DNA of 64,000 nucleotides, from IMG/VR virus record IMGVR_UViG_3300037010_002464. The stretch is one strand, 5' to 3'. This DNA comes from a virus. The position numbers were made by a program, and so were the translations under genes. Positions 10,782 to 21,621 of this stretch are shown piece after piece (within the stretch, counting starts at the first letter, position 1; each line of letters begins with the position of its first letter). Under the pieces are notes generated by a model. That model saw only the letters and a program-made list of their open reading frames with translations. It was not told the DNA's origin and searched no databases.

Positions 10782-12671
10782 ATGGCGACTCTCAATAACT
10801 ACACCATCAACTGGTCAAACGACTCCCTTAAGGCGCCGTTTACCTTGTCCGCTGGGTCAATCGATACCTCGACCACTTCGCTGGCATTGACAGGCAGGGG
10901 TGTTGAGAACTGGGGCGAGCATCTGGTCGAAAACCTGATGAAGCTCTTGGAGAGTTTCTCGAGCGGCGTTGCGCCTGCACACCCGACAGCTGGCCAGGTG
11001 TGGTATAATCCGGTGAATGATGAGCTGAAGATGTTCACTACAGGGGCTCAATGGGTTGTGATGTGGCCACACCCTGAGTTCAGCACGCCGAGCCCGAGCC
11101 CGACTCCAAGCCCTACCCCAACACCTACCCCATCTCCAAGCACCGACGTGACCTACGCCGCGCTTGAGTTTTCACCTACATCCGTCACTATCGGGGGCAG
11201 CACGACCCTGACCCTGACATTCACGTCGCCGACGGATCAAGTTGCGCCGGTCACCGTCACGCTGGTCAACAATGACGGTGGTCTCAACTCGGGAGCCGGC
11301 GGCCCTCACTCTACTGTAGTGCAGATCATTGGTGGCATCGGCTATCTGAACTACACGGTCAACACGGTCACAACGGGCTTCCACCCGATGCTAGCGACCG
11401 CTACGGGCAGCAACATCGTCGGCGGTTCACGTACAGCTAATGTCACCGTCGTTGCCTCCACGCCGTCGCCGACCCCAGGCACTCCTGTTGGTTCTGCTAT
11501 CACGTACACGTCGGCGACCTTTGCAGCAGGCCCGTACTCCGTGGGTCAGAATGCTGTCATCACGCTGCACTTCACATCAGCTGTTGACCAAACTGTTACC
11601 GTCAACACTATCCTGACTAACCCAGGCGGTGGGCTCTCGGGCGACTTTGACAACGCGATTGTAGGCTCGCTCAATATCACAGGCGGCGTGGGTACCTTGG
11701 CGTTCAACGTGACCGCAACTTCGACTGGCACGCACTCGCTATCCGCACAGGTCTATGGCATCACGCCGGCCGGCACGATCCGCTCAGACTCCATCGTTGT
11801 CAGCACGTCAGGTACGGCGCCGGTCATCACGGTGCAGCCAACCTCCGTCAGCACCAACTGGACGACTCCGGTTACGCTGTCGCTGACCGCTACGGGCATA
11901 GGCCCGATCAGCTACGGCTGGTCTAACGGCCCGCTTACCGGCGCACCGATTTTTGCAGGCGCTGACCTTAATGGCCTACAGACCAATGTCAGGCCGTCAG
12001 GCTTGGGTGGCGGTCAATGGTGGGTGCCAGCGTACAACAGCTCAGCCATCAGCTTCCCGGCTGGCTCCGCGGCTACGGGCGGCAGCACTAGCATGAACGG
12101 CGGCCCTCAAATCGGGTCGGGTTACTATTACCAAGCCGCTGTCTGGAACAACTTCGGCTACACGCTCAGCAACCAAGTGCAAGTCAACTACAACGGCGCA
12201 TTCGGCGGAGGCTCACCAAGCCCAGGTGGCGGGGGTGGCGGCGGATCTGTCAAGGTGACAGCCTACATGCCGTTCACCGAGAAGCAAGCAGGCAACCTCC
12301 AAGCTGGTGACCCGCTCATGCTGCTCGAACCGAACCAGCGCGAGTCCTCTATGGCAGGGCAGGTTGTCACGAACCGTATCAGCGAGCAAAACGTGCTAAA
12401 GCTGACCTCTGAGTCTGGCATCACGTTGACTTGCTCGGACAACACGCCGATGACTCTGCGCGACGGCTCAATGTGCAACTCGACCGACGTGCTAGGCAAG
12501 CAGCTGCCGGTGCAGGACAACAGCGGCTTCCGCTGGGAGACCATCACTTCTGTTGAGCCGCAAGGGCGTTGGTTGGTAGCAACGATCTACTGCTTAAACC
12601 AGTGCTATGCCGCAGGCGACGAGCCGGGCCGGTACATCTTCACGCACAACTTCATGGTGGTGAAGGAGTGA
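10782..12671 (+). CDS. Virion fibre/appendage: N-terminal anchor, PS/PT linkers, Ig-like repeats, C-terminal Hint domain
   Basis: Anchor WGEHLVENLMKLLESF..P..P..GQVWYN; APVITVQP Ig-like start; poly-Gly then S-V...FTHN Hint domain (12246-12650). Confidence 0.75.
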   Translation: MATLNNYTINWSNDSLKAPFTLSAGSIDTSTTSLALTGRGVENWGEHLVENLMKLLESFSSGVAPAHPTAGQVWYNPVNDELKMFTTGAQWVVMWPHPEFSTPSPSPTPSPTPTPTPSPSTDVTYAALEFSPTSVTIGGSTTLTLTFTSPTDQVAPVTVTLVNNDGGLNSGAGGPHSTVVQIIGGIGYLNYTVNTVTTGFHPMLATATGSNIVGGSRTANVTVVASTPSPTPGTPVGSAITYTSATFAAGPYSVGQNAVITLHFTSAVDQTVTVNTILTNPGGGLSGDFDNAIVGSLNITGGVGTLAFNVTATSTGTHSLSAQVYGITPAGTIRSDSIVVSTSGTAPVITVQPTSVSTNWTTPVTLSLTATGIGPISYGWSNGPLTGAPIFAGADLNGLQTNVRPSGLGGGQWWVPAYNSSAISFPAGSAATGGSTSMNGGPQIGSGYYYQAAVWNNFGYTLSNQVQVNYNGAFGGGSPSPGGGGGGGSVKVTAYMPFTEKQAGNLQAGDPLMLLEPNQRESSMAGQVVTNRISEQNVLKLTSESGITLTCSDNTPMTLRDGSMCNSTDVLGKQLPVQDNSGFRWETITSVEPQGRWLVATIYCLNQCYAAGDEPGRYIFTHNFMVVKE

Positions 12672-13033
12672 GGATTCAGCCGCTGCTAGAGAACATCAGC
12701 ATGAAAAAGCTCATGCTGATGTTCCAGCAAGACATCGCTGAGCGAGACCATGAGTTCAAGGTCTACTCTCAAGATGGGTGCTACATCGGCTGGGCGCCTG
12801 CATTGCAATCAACCGACATGGCCGTTGCAAACACAGTCGTGCTGCAACCGAATGACAACTACATGTACTATATCAACCATGATATAGTGGCTGAGCATGG
12901 CGTCAAGTGGGCGATCAGCAACGAGAGCGAGCACCGCGGCGCAACGATGCTGCCCGCGGTAGTCCATGGTGATGACGAGGATGCCATCGCTAAGTGGATC
13001 GAGACCGAAGTTGACCAGTGGGAGTTTGACTGA
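12668..13033 (+). CDS. QQ-helix family protein
   Basis: Start reassigned to GTG 12668 (GTGA overlap): MRIQPLLENISMKKLMLMFQQDIAE. Confidence 0.7.
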   Translation: MRIQPLLENISMKKLMLMFQQDIAERDHEFKVYSQDGCYIGWAPALQSTDMAVANTVVLQPNDNYMYYINHDIVAEHGVKWAISNESEHRGATMLPAVVHGDDEDAIAKWIETEVDQWEFD

Positions 13034-13060
13034 GGCTTTCCAAGCCATGGGTGCACTAGG

Positions 13061-13085
13061 TAAATAGAGGATCCACAAGATCCTC
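13061..13085 (+). promoter_or_regulatory. Late promoter TAAATA followed by hairpin GAGGATC-cacaa-GATCCTC
   Basis: Box at 13061-66; perfect 7-bp stem ending 3 nt before ATG 13089. Confidence 0.6.
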
Positions 13086-13088
13086 ACG

Positions 13089-16000
13089 ATGGCAAACAAG
13101 AACCTTGATCTAGCAACGCTGCTCCCTAAGCAGTACCAGAACCGCACGATCACGACCCTCATGAGGGCCTTGTTCAACAATCACCTGAGCAAGGACGAGT
13201 CTGTCATCCTCCACGGCTTTGTCGGCAGCGAAGCTGCAGCACAGTCCTCAGACATCTACATCCGCGAAGCTGACCTCGAGCGGCAGGTCAATCAGCTCGC
13301 ACCTGTCCTCTACAGCAAGCAAGGCACCGAAGAGCGCCTGACTACATGGCGCGAGCTCGTGCAACGCCTCGTCACGTTAGACGTGCCCTATGACAGCGTC
13401 GCTGACTGGCTGACGGTCGAGAGCCTCAACTTTGTCCCGTTCATCGACCTTGACAAGTTTGCTAACTTTGACGAGTATGTGTGGGTAGGCAAGTGGTTGG
13501 TTGCTCACCCAGAGCTGCCTTGGAACGACATCGGCTTCACTACGGCCTCTGTAGCCTCCTTGCAAGCCGCAAACCCGACACAAGCTGCTGACTACTATGT
13601 TATCGCTCGCTCGGCTCTTTCAGGCAACACGCCGGTGGCCCCTTACCCAGGTCTGGGCGCCTGGTCTGACTGGGCTCTGGGCAACATGTGGCTCCACAAG
13701 GCTGACGCTCAGGCTTTCCAGCTGGCGTACCCGGTCCTTAGCTCGAATGACATCGTGCAGGCTTTACGGCCGATCCTCGAGTTTGAGAGCAACCTCAAGC
13801 TTAACCTCTACGCAACCTCTACGGGCGAGCCTGCCGACAGCGGTACGCCTAGTCCGCAAGTCAAGACCGCGCCTAACCAACCGCCGTTGTTCGACCTCTA
13901 CTACGCTAACGGCGATCACTCTGCTTACATCTCGAGCGGCTTCTTCTACAAGGAGGCCGCTGATCAGCCGATTGACGCAGCCCTGGGTAGGCGGATCGTG
14001 CGAGACGCTGCCGCCGACCTGACATTTGGCCACAGTTTCACCTCGCCGACCGAAGACCGTCCGCTGTTCTTCAAGCGTTACGCTAGCGGCTCATTTAGCC
14101 TGGCTTCCGTCTGGCGTGGGGCCGCGCTGATCGGCCAAGAGTACGTCAAGTATGAGACAGCCGGCGCGCTAATCAACGCTGACAAGCTGCAAAACTTCGA
14201 GAGCTACTATTGGACAGGCGTTGCCGACGGTGCGTTGCCGGCTTACAACCCTATCGGGCAAGCCGAATATACGGTCATCGAAGCTGGCGGAACGAGCGGC
14301 TGGTCGCTCGACAACCGGTGGAAGCACTCAAGCCAGCTGACAACGGCAGAGCGCCTCAACTACTTGCAAGCCCAACGGCCCATCATCGAGTTCAATGCTG
14401 AGCTAGAGTCTCAGCTCCTAGGAGCGAAGACGGCGCTCGGCCAGCTGCCTACTTTCCGAACATATGCTCACGATGAGAGCACCGGCTTGTACATGCCACC
14501 GTCAACCATCAATGACAAGCTGACGGACGCTTACACAGGCGGCACGCTGTTTGTTAACCTTGATCAGCTCGAGCTGACTAAGGGAGCCATGACTACGGCT
14601 GCTGAGCAAGCAAGCCTGCTTGGCACGGTGCGGGGCGTCCGCTTCGCTCAGACTCTGCTGACAGGCTACTACGACAACGCTACAGACGGCACCTCGTTCC
14701 CGTACTTCATCCGCGAGTACGAGAACATTGGCGCTGGCAACGGTCAGCTCTCGACGCTCAACGTTGACGCTAATGCGCTCCCGCAAGTTATTCAGCTAAC
14801 CGGCCATGCTGGCGGCACGACCTTTGACGTGTACAGCACCGTGCTAGGAGCCCTGCCTACATTGACGGTGGACACACCGTACACCGTTGGCGGCACGACC
14901 TTCTCGGTAGTCTCGGGCACCACAGCCTTTGACGCCACCTCGCGCTTCAGCTTCGATATCAAGTCGAGCGCTTTCAAGCGCGCTAGCTTGTATGTCAAGC
15001 TGGGCGACTCATACCGTACCGTGACAGACCCGCTTGGCTACCTGTCAAACTCAGCTCTTGAGGATCGGCAAGTAAGCGTGAGCCCGGCAAGCGCCTCGGG
15101 CGCTTGGAAGTGCCCGATGCCGATGTTCGGTAACCTCGACTCGACGCTCTCGACTAGCTTCAAGCAAGGTGACTTGTACTCGCACTTTGTCTCGATCATC
15201 GGAGCCCAACCCGGCCTTGAAGGTCTGGCTTCAAGCCGAAACAACTGGCGCAACCTGTCAAAGGACTATAGCAAGGGTGGCTTGCTGAAGATCTTCAATG
15301 ACAGGCTTCAGCTCCTCTTGGGCATGCTGTGCCAAGATTCGGCTGATCCTATTGCGTTGCTTGACTTTGGCCGCGACGCTTACGTCAACGTGCTCAACCG
15401 GACTCGTGAGTTTGTCGAGCAGGAGCTCATCAGCCGTGTGACGGCAGGTTCAGCCGCTTTCTTGTCAGCTCCAGGCCCAGTTGACATCGACACTTACAAG
15501 CAGCTGCGCGCTTACCTCGAGCGCAGGTCAAGCGTGGTAGATGCGAGCGAATCGCTCGTGGACGATGAGGTTAACTCGCCGTTCATGACTAACAGCATGA
15601 GCCTGAAAGCCTTGACGCTGACAGCGCCGTACCTGGGCTTGGCGCCGAAAGTAGCGCCTGGCGTGCTCGTAGAGCCTGACCAGAACAGGGCTATGTTAGT
15701 GCATCATGACGGTCACAAGTCGAGCCTTCCAACGATTGACTTTTCGGTGCTTAAGGGCCTGGTAACGAAGCGTTTTAAGCGGTCGAACGGCCAAGAAACG
15801 CCTGGATTTGTGGGTGGTCCCGTTCCGCCGCAAGCTCCGTTTGCTCGTCAGCTATGGCTCGACCTGTCAGCTGAGAATCTCTACCTGTTCGACGTGGTCT
15901 CTGACATCGGCGATCTGCCTGCTACCGCGCTCAATGGACAGTTCTCCTACAATCGGCTGACGGGTGAGACCTGGCAGTGGAACGGCTCTTGGGTAGCCCT

Positions 16001-19000
16001 GGGTTCAGAGCAGCACGCGCAAGAGGCGCCATGGCGCCTGCTCGACCTCGCGTCGACCTTGACCGCGTTGTTGCTCGAGCTCGAGACAGAGCTCTACAAT
16101 GCGTGCCCGGCAAGCAGCACAGCCTTCAGCTACACGCCGCTGGAAAGCTCATCGCGTTGGATGCCGTTGATGGAGAAGGAGTTCTTGGGCTTCTGCTCGA
16201 AGTACGGCATTCCTGACCCATACGATCCGCTCTACAACCCGGCAGACCCGTTCACGTGGTCCTACTACAACTCGGGTTGGGGTCCAGCCTCGGCTTGGCA
16301 AGGCGTCTACCAGTATGTCTACGGCACGTCGCGTCCTGACCTCTACCCGTACATCTCGGTTGAAGAGTCTGAAGCCGCTTTTATGAATGACCTGGTGGTT
16401 GCAGGCTTCGTTCCGCCAGGCACGACTACCTGGGACATCAGCTACTGGACAAGCATCGACGTGCAAGACAATGTCAAGGCGAAGCTTAACTCGCTGGGCA
16501 AGCCTGTGCAGCTGTCGGTTGACACGACCAATGGTAAGCTGCTGCCGCCGTACGCTTTTGGCAACGCCGAGCAGCTCATGATCGCTCCTCCGCCGACGCC
16601 TAACCGCCGCTACTACTACGGCGAGCTTGGCCCGATTGAGGCCATGTGGACAGACACTCTCGAGTATGTCACGTCAAAGCTCAAGACCTACTTCAGGCTT
16701 AGCCCACTGAAGTTCATCAGCTTGTGCTGGGGTGACCCGCTTGACAAGGTTGACGGCTACGAGCTTGTCAGGCCTCTCGGCCGCAAGGCTCACATTGTTG
16801 ACGCGCTGATTCACGGCGAGCCCATCAATCGGACGACGTTGACGCCGACATCCCTGACGGTCACCATGATCGCGCCGCCACCAACGCCGGTAACCTACCT
16901 CATTGAGGTCGCCAGCGCACGTAATAGCATCGTGCGAGTTTCGCAAGTTGGCTCGTTCGCCTTTGCTTTCTACCCAGCAAATGCAATCCACCTCGACGGC
17001 TATGCCACATGCCAGCTCGTTGTGCCGCGTGACGGCTTGAACCTAGGCGACACGCTAACTGTGGCCATCAGCGAGCTTGCAGTCGCGACTGTTACCCTGG
17101 CTCACGCTCCGTTCAAGCTCGAAGGCTTGAGCCAGCTGTATGCGCACTACCACGCCGCCAACTCGCTCGAGCTGAGCTACTCGGCTGACCGCGCTCGCCT
17201 GGCCGCTTGGACACCTAAGCTTGCATACCGCTTCAACACGCTTGTCGACACTGATGAGCTGAGCGTCAAAGCCGAGACCGCGGTTGTTGACTCATCAGGT
17301 TATAACGTGTACCTGAAAGAGACCGAGCTTCAGTCTGTGGCGTGGCTTACAGGCTTGAAGGTTACCCTGCTGCAAGCAGGCAGCACGCAGATCGTCAACG
17401 GTCGGATCGTCCCTGCAAAACTCCCTACGGGCTCTCGCGGTGATGACTGGGTCTACCGCGTTGACCTGACCAACCCGAAGCATCCGGCTCTACAGTGGTA
17501 CGAGTATGACTCGGCTACCTACGAGACCTTCTATGCTCTAGGAGGCAAGGGAAGCCTGGATGAGTGGAAGCGTTATACCCAACGTACCACACTTCGTACC
17601 GTTTATGGCCCGTTCATGGTTAAGGGGCTGCAAGCTCTGACCACGTTCATCTTCGGCGTAGCTGACCGGCTGGCTGAGCTCGGCTATGTCTTCAATGACG
17701 AGCAGGACCCGGTCATCGACCCGACAAACGGCCGCTTGATCGGCTGGCAGCTCCTGGTTGAACAGCTGATTGACGCACAGTTCAACAGTCCGACCAACGG
17801 CATGGCCTTTGTGCTCGCGCCGTTTGAGCGCCGCTTCTGGTTCAAGGCTAAGTACGGCTATATCTCTGACCTGTCTAAGCCAGGCGCGCAGAACCTGATC
17901 CCAGGCTTGTACACGGTTGACGGCCAACGCGCTCCGAAGGGTTCGTTCCGCGTCTTCCGTGATGACGGCAACGCATCGGTCACCAGCGACGTGCCGTTGG
18001 CCGGCGCTATGGTAGCGACAAGTGTGTTCGAGCACGTGATCGTGTTTGAAAATGTGGTCGGCGACGTGCTTCTTAACGAGCCGTTCCTCAATCAGCATGT
18101 CTCGCGCCTGTTCTTTGAAGGCTTCAAGCAAGCCACGCCTACAGGCCGTCCGGTCTATGGGGGCAAGTACTTGGTGGGCAATAAGATGCGCACCAACATG
18201 GAGGGCTCCGTTCAACAGCTGGGTAACCTCTATGACATCGGCGCGCTGAAGAGCGAAGAGCTGTTTGACCGTGCAAGCTCGCTGGTCAGCTTTGACCGCA
18301 AAGACTATCACTCAGACCTTGGCACCACCCTGCCGACGCAGCTGCAGTTCTGGCGGGGCATGCTGAAGAGCAAGGGCACCAACCGTGCCGTCAGCTCCTT
18401 CGTCAACTCTTCGCTGTTCCGTTCGGCTCTGATCGACGAGCTTTGGGCGTACAAGGTCTCTGAGTACGGTGACCTGCGCCGCGCCGTTAAGGTCGAGCTG
18501 AATGTTCGGACCAATGACATGGTGAGCGAGCGCGCTAACTACCTGCTGCTCGAAGCCGACGAGCTGGCCTATGTCAACGAGCTCGCTGCCATCGGCGGCT
18601 ATGACATGACGATCTACGACCAGATCCCGTTTGACATGTTCACGCTGTACTCGCATGAGCAGATTGTTAACATGGACCTGCTCGATCCGCGTGGCTGCAT
18701 CATCATTAAGCCTGACGATGAGGATCGTTGGAACAGTTTTAGCGACTTGGGCTCCATCAGCTACCTGAAGGCGCAAATCGTTGCAACCATGCAGGTGCAG
18801 GTCACCGGCTCTGAGCTGCTAACTGTGCGCGATGCTGACGGCCGAGAGGTGCTGGCTGACGCATTTGAGATCGTAGACATCGGCGTAACGAGCGGCGCAA
18901 ACGTGTACCAGACCCCGGTCTTGGACATCACGTCCTACATGAAGAGCGGCTCGAAGGTCTACCGCGAAACGGGCGATTATGTCACAGGCACTAACCCACC

Positions 19001-21620
19001 TGAGTATAGCACCGCTAAGTTCAATCGCGTGAACTCTGGCCAGCTAGTGATCACCGACACGGCGCTGTTCAACAGGCCGCTGCTGATCATCGCCTATGGT
19101 CCTCCGCTAGCAAGATTCTCACCGAGCCAGCTGTATCGTGATGACGGCGGCCGTGACACGCCGATCAACAACAATGTCATCTGGTGGGACCCGGCTCGCG
19201 GCGTTCACAGCCCACAGGCATACGCAACCGTTGATTACGCCGCAGGTCATGACCCTGCTCGCTACAATGTCACCTCTCTCAAGTACAAGGCGTTGACAGC
19301 CGACGGCTCTCGTACTTGGGGTCGAGAGCAGGTAGGCAAGGTCTGGTGGAACACCGCCAACGCTGGCTGGATGAACTACTCCGACGTGGCGCTCTACCCA
19401 AGCCACAATGACCGGCTGACACAGTGGGGTTCGCTTGCTGACTGGGCGAGCATTGACGTGTTTGAGTGGATCGAGTCCGACGTGCCACCCCTGTCTTACA
19501 CAGGCACAGGCGAGCTAGCGGTCAAGAACTACCTTAGCAGGACTCGCACTTGGCATCAACGCCCGGTCGTGTGGCTCTACTCAAAGAACCCACAGGTTTC
19601 GCCTAAGGCTCCGCTGAAGCGGCAGACCACAACGCTCGAAGTCTTCGGAGACAGCGTGCTGGCTCTTGACGGCGCGATGCCGGCGTTTAGCGCGCTGGAG
19701 CGCATCGCCGGCATGACCTACACCAACGGCTCTCGTAATACGATGCTCAAGCCGTACGGCTGCATTGAAGTGCTGACCGGCGATGTGAGCCAGCTTGCGG
19801 GAGCGTCCAACGCCCTTGGCTCGCCAACATATGCCGCCACAGCCAGCTTCACGGACTTCAAGTTTGAGATCTATGAGACCTCAACCTCTCTGCCTCACGG
19901 CGCTGTGGTCATCGACTATGAGCAGGTTGGGTCGCTAACATACGTGCGTGTCACGTTTGCAAGCGGTCAAACTCAGCGCGTGCTGGTCGATGACACGCCG
20001 CCTAAGTCAGCCACGCTGGTCGAGCTAAACCTTGACTTGCTCGGCATCAAGCTGACGGCTAAGACCAAGTACAGTCACAGCGAGGCCTGGGGCGGCTTAG
20101 GAACGCTGACGCAAGAGCAACGTGCTGCGCGTGTCGGCATTGAGTTTGGCAATTCAGCTCACGACATCGTTGTTCGTCAGCAAGTTGCCGCTCGGGTTCT
20201 CATCGAGCCGCAGGTGACAACGCTTAACGGCTCGCTAATCCCAGGCCCAACCGGCTGGGTCTCGTGGAGCATGCCCACCTACACCCTAGGAGCCGATGAC
20301 CTTGACGATTCGTTCGGCTCGTGGGCCGCAATGGTCGGCGACTACACAGCCGTTGGCACTGAGCTCAATGACATCAAGACGGACATTCAGGACGAGCTAA
20401 ACAGCCCACAGCCTGTGCGAGCCTATGACGAGCGCTGGAGCCCGTGGAAGCGTCTGACCTCAACGGTCGCAACAGCTACCTACTTCGTGGGAGAACAGAC
20501 GCACTTGCAGGTGCTTGAAAGCCTGAGCCTGAACGTGACTGCCGCTGACTCGGCGCGTCTCGCATTTTACATCAACGGCGTCCGTCAAGTGCGAGGCTAC
20601 CAGATAGCAAAGGGCCTTAACGGGTACTACCCTAGCCGGTCGAACATTGACCAAGGCTCAAAGCTGCGGTTCGAGCTGCCGTTCAAGGTGCCGACAGGTG
20701 ACGAGCTGAAGCTCCAGCTTGAAGGCACCGCGGTAGATCCTGCTAAGCTGACCGAGTACAAGCTCGACACCCCGCACTCAAAGCTTGAAGAACGCAACGA
20801 GTTTGGCCGTGTCAGCAAGACTAGCTACTTCTACTGGGTCAAGAACAAGGAGACCGCTGCGGCAGGTAAGAAGCTTAGCGTTAAACTGGCGGCTCAACAA
20901 CTTGCTCAACATCCAGGTCCTTACGCTGTGCCTCAAGTCATGAAGCGGTTCAACCAGCTTGACGGTCGCCCTAACCGTTACGCGCTGTTGTCTGTGGTCA
21001 ACATGACCCGCTTCGTTCGGAAGGACAACCAGTATAAGCTGCGGATCACCGAGAACGGCTCGATGCGCGACGATGACCGCGACATGTCCTTGCGCCCGAC
21101 CCACACCGAGTGGAAGCTCATTCGTCGGAACCAGCCAACTCGAATCCCCAAGGATCTCTGGGACAAGCTTGTTGACACGATGTGCGGTCAAACGGCTACA
21201 GGCCAGATGCTGCCGTTTGCGTTGTACTCTGAGTACGACTCGCGCAATGGCACCACGTCGCGCATCGGCCTCAAGCAAGGTCAAGTGCTGTCTGACAGCG
21301 CCGCGGCTGTTGCTACCGTCAAGGGTGCCCTGCTTAACACGCAGGTTGTAACCTACGACGTGGTCACCAGCTCGTTCAAGCTGTCACCGGTGAGCTTCTT
21401 TGGGTATGACTCCGCAATGCTGGATACATACTTAGCGACACCTACCGCGATTCGGGAGTTCATGGCGAGCCTCTGGAACTATGCGGACACGCGCAACGTC
21501 AATGAGCTGTTCTTCGAGGTGCTCGAAGATGCGCTGTCGGCTTCATATGAGCTAGCAGACATCATCAAGACCTCGTTCATCACGCTTGACGAAGTGCGCA
21601 CGGTAGTGGTCGAAGGATAA
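13089..21620 (+). CDS. Giant baseplate wedge/structural protein (2843 aa)
   Basis: Uninterrupted ORF in the baseplate cluster; DLDKF.NF..Y.W, RPI.EF, QFWRGMLKSKGT, W..EQVGKVWWN motifs typical of large-myovirus wedge proteins. Confidence 0.8.
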   Translation: MANKNLDLATLLPKQYQNRTITTLMRALFNNHLSKDESVILHGFVGSEAAAQSSDIYIREADLERQVNQLAPVLYSKQGTEERLTTWRELVQRLVTLDVPYDSVADWLTVESLNFVPFIDLDKFANFDEYVWVGKWLVAHPELPWNDIGFTTASVASLQAANPTQAADYYVIARSALSGNTPVAPYPGLGAWSDWALGNMWLHKADAQAFQLAYPVLSSNDIVQALRPILEFESNLKLNLYATSTGEPADSGTPSPQVKTAPNQPPLFDLYYANGDHSAYISSGFFYKEAADQPIDAALGRRIVRDAAADLTFGHSFTSPTEDRPLFFKRYASGSFSLASVWRGAALIGQEYVKYETAGALINADKLQNFESYYWTGVADGALPAYNPIGQAEYTVIEAGGTSGWSLDNRWKHSSQLTTAERLNYLQAQRPIIEFNAELESQLLGAKTALGQLPTFRTYAHDESTGLYMPPSTINDKLTDAYTGGTLFVNLDQLELTKGAMTTAAEQASLLGTVRGVRFAQTLLTGYYDNATDGTSFPYFIREYENIGAGNGQLSTLNVDANALPQVIQLTGHAGGTTFDVYSTVLGALPTLTVDTPYTVGGTTFSVVSGTTAFDATSRFSFDIKSSAFKRASLYVKLGDSYRTVTDPLGYLSNSALEDRQVSVSPASASGAWKCPMPMFGNLDSTLSTSFKQGDLYSHFVSIIGAQPGLEGLASSRNNWRNLSKDYSKGGLLKIFNDRLQLLLGMLCQDSADPIALLDFGRDAYVNVLNRTREFVEQELISRVTAGSAAFLSAPGPVDIDTYKQLRAYLERRSSVVDASESLVDDEVNSPFMTNSMSLKALTLTAPYLGLAPKVAPGVLVEPDQNRAMLVHHDGHKSSLPTIDFSVLKGLVTKRFKRSNGQETPGFVGGPVPPQAPFARQLWLDLSAENLYLFDVVSDIGDLPATALNGQFSYNRLTGETWQWNGSWVALGSEQHAQEAPWRLLDLASTLTALLLELETELYNACPASSTAFSYTPLESSSRWMPLMEKEFLGFCSKYGIPDPYDPLYNPADPFTWSYYNSGWGPASAWQGVYQYVYGTSRPDLYPYISVEESEAAFMNDLVVAGFVPPGTTTWDISYWTSIDVQDNVKAKLNSLGKPVQLSVDTTNGKLLPPYAFGNAEQLMIAPPPTPNRRYYYGELGPIEAMWTDTLEYVTSKLKTYFRLSPLKFISLCWGDPLDKVDGYELVRPLGRKAHIVDALIHGEPINRTTLTPTSLTVTMIAPPPTPVTYLIEVASARNSIVRVSQVGSFAFAFYPANAIHLDGYATCQLVVPRDGLNLGDTLTVAISELAVATVTLAHAPFKLEGLSQLYAHYHAANSLELSYSADRARLAAWTPKLAYRFNTLVDTDELSVKAETAVVDSSGYNVYLKETELQSVAWLTGLKVTLLQAGSTQIVNGRIVPAKLPTGSRGDDWVYRVDLTNPKHPALQWYEYDSATYETFYALGGKGSLDEWKRYTQRTTLRTVYGPFMVKGLQALTTFIFGVADRLAELGYVFNDEQDPVIDPTNGRLIGWQLLVEQLIDAQFNSPTNGMAFVLAPFERRFWFKAKYGYISDLSKPGAQNLIPGLYTVDGQRAPKGSFRVFRDDGNASVTSDVPLAGAMVATSVFEHVIVFENVVGDVLLNEPFLNQHVSRLFFEGFKQATPTGRPVYGGKYLVGNKMRTNMEGSVQQLGNLYDIGALKSEELFDRASSLVSFDRKDYHSDLGTTLPTQLQFWRGMLKSKGTNRAVSSFVNSSLFRSALIDELWAYKVSEYGDLRRAVKVELNVRTNDMVSERANYLLLEADELAYVNELAAIGGYDMTIYDQIPFDMFTLYSHEQIVNMDLLDPRGCIIIKPDDEDRWNSFSDLGSISYLKAQIVATMQVQVTGSELLTVRDADGREVLADAFEIVDIGVTSGANVYQTPVLDITSYMKSGSKVYRETGDYVTGTNPPEYSTAKFNRVNSGQLVITDTALFNRPLLIIAYGPPLARFSPSQLYRDDGGRDTPINNNVIWWDPARGVHSPQAYATVDYAAGHDPARYNVTSLKYKALTADGSRTWGREQVGKVWWNTANAGWMNYSDVALYPSHNDRLTQWGSLADWASIDVFEWIESDVPPLSYTGTGELAVKNYLSRTRTWHQRPVVWLYSKNPQVSPKAPLKRQTTTLEVFGDSVLALDGAMPAFSALERIAGMTYTNGSRNTMLKPYGCIEVLTGDVSQLAGASNALGSPTYAATASFTDFKFEIYETSTSLPHGAVVIDYEQVGSLTYVRVTFASGQTQRVLVDDTPPKSATLVELNLDLLGIKLTAKTKYSHSEAWGGLGTLTQEQRAARVGIEFGNSAHDIVVRQQVAARVLIEPQVTTLNGSLIPGPTGWVSWSMPTYTLGADDLDDSFGSWAAMVGDYTAVGTELNDIKTDIQDELNSPQPVRAYDERWSPWKRLTSTVATATYFVGEQTHLQVLESLSLNVTAADSARLAFYINGVRQVRGYQIAKGLNGYYPSRSNIDQGSKLRFELPFKVPTGDELKLQLEGTAVDPAKLTEYKLDTPHSKLEERNEFGRVSKTSYFYWVKNKETAAAGKKLSVKLAAQQLAQHPGPYAVPQVMKRFNQLDGRPNRYALLSVVNMTRFVRKDNQYKLRITENGSMRDDDRDMSLRPTHTEWKLIRRNQPTRIPKDLWDKLVDTMCGQTATGQMLPFALYSEYDSRNGTTSRIGLKQGQVLSDSAAAVATVKGALLNTQVVTYDVVTSSFKLSPVSFFGYDSAMLDTYLATPTAIREFMASLWNYADTRNVNELFFEVLEDALSASYELADIIKTSFITLDEVRTVVVEG

Positions 21621-21621
21621 C

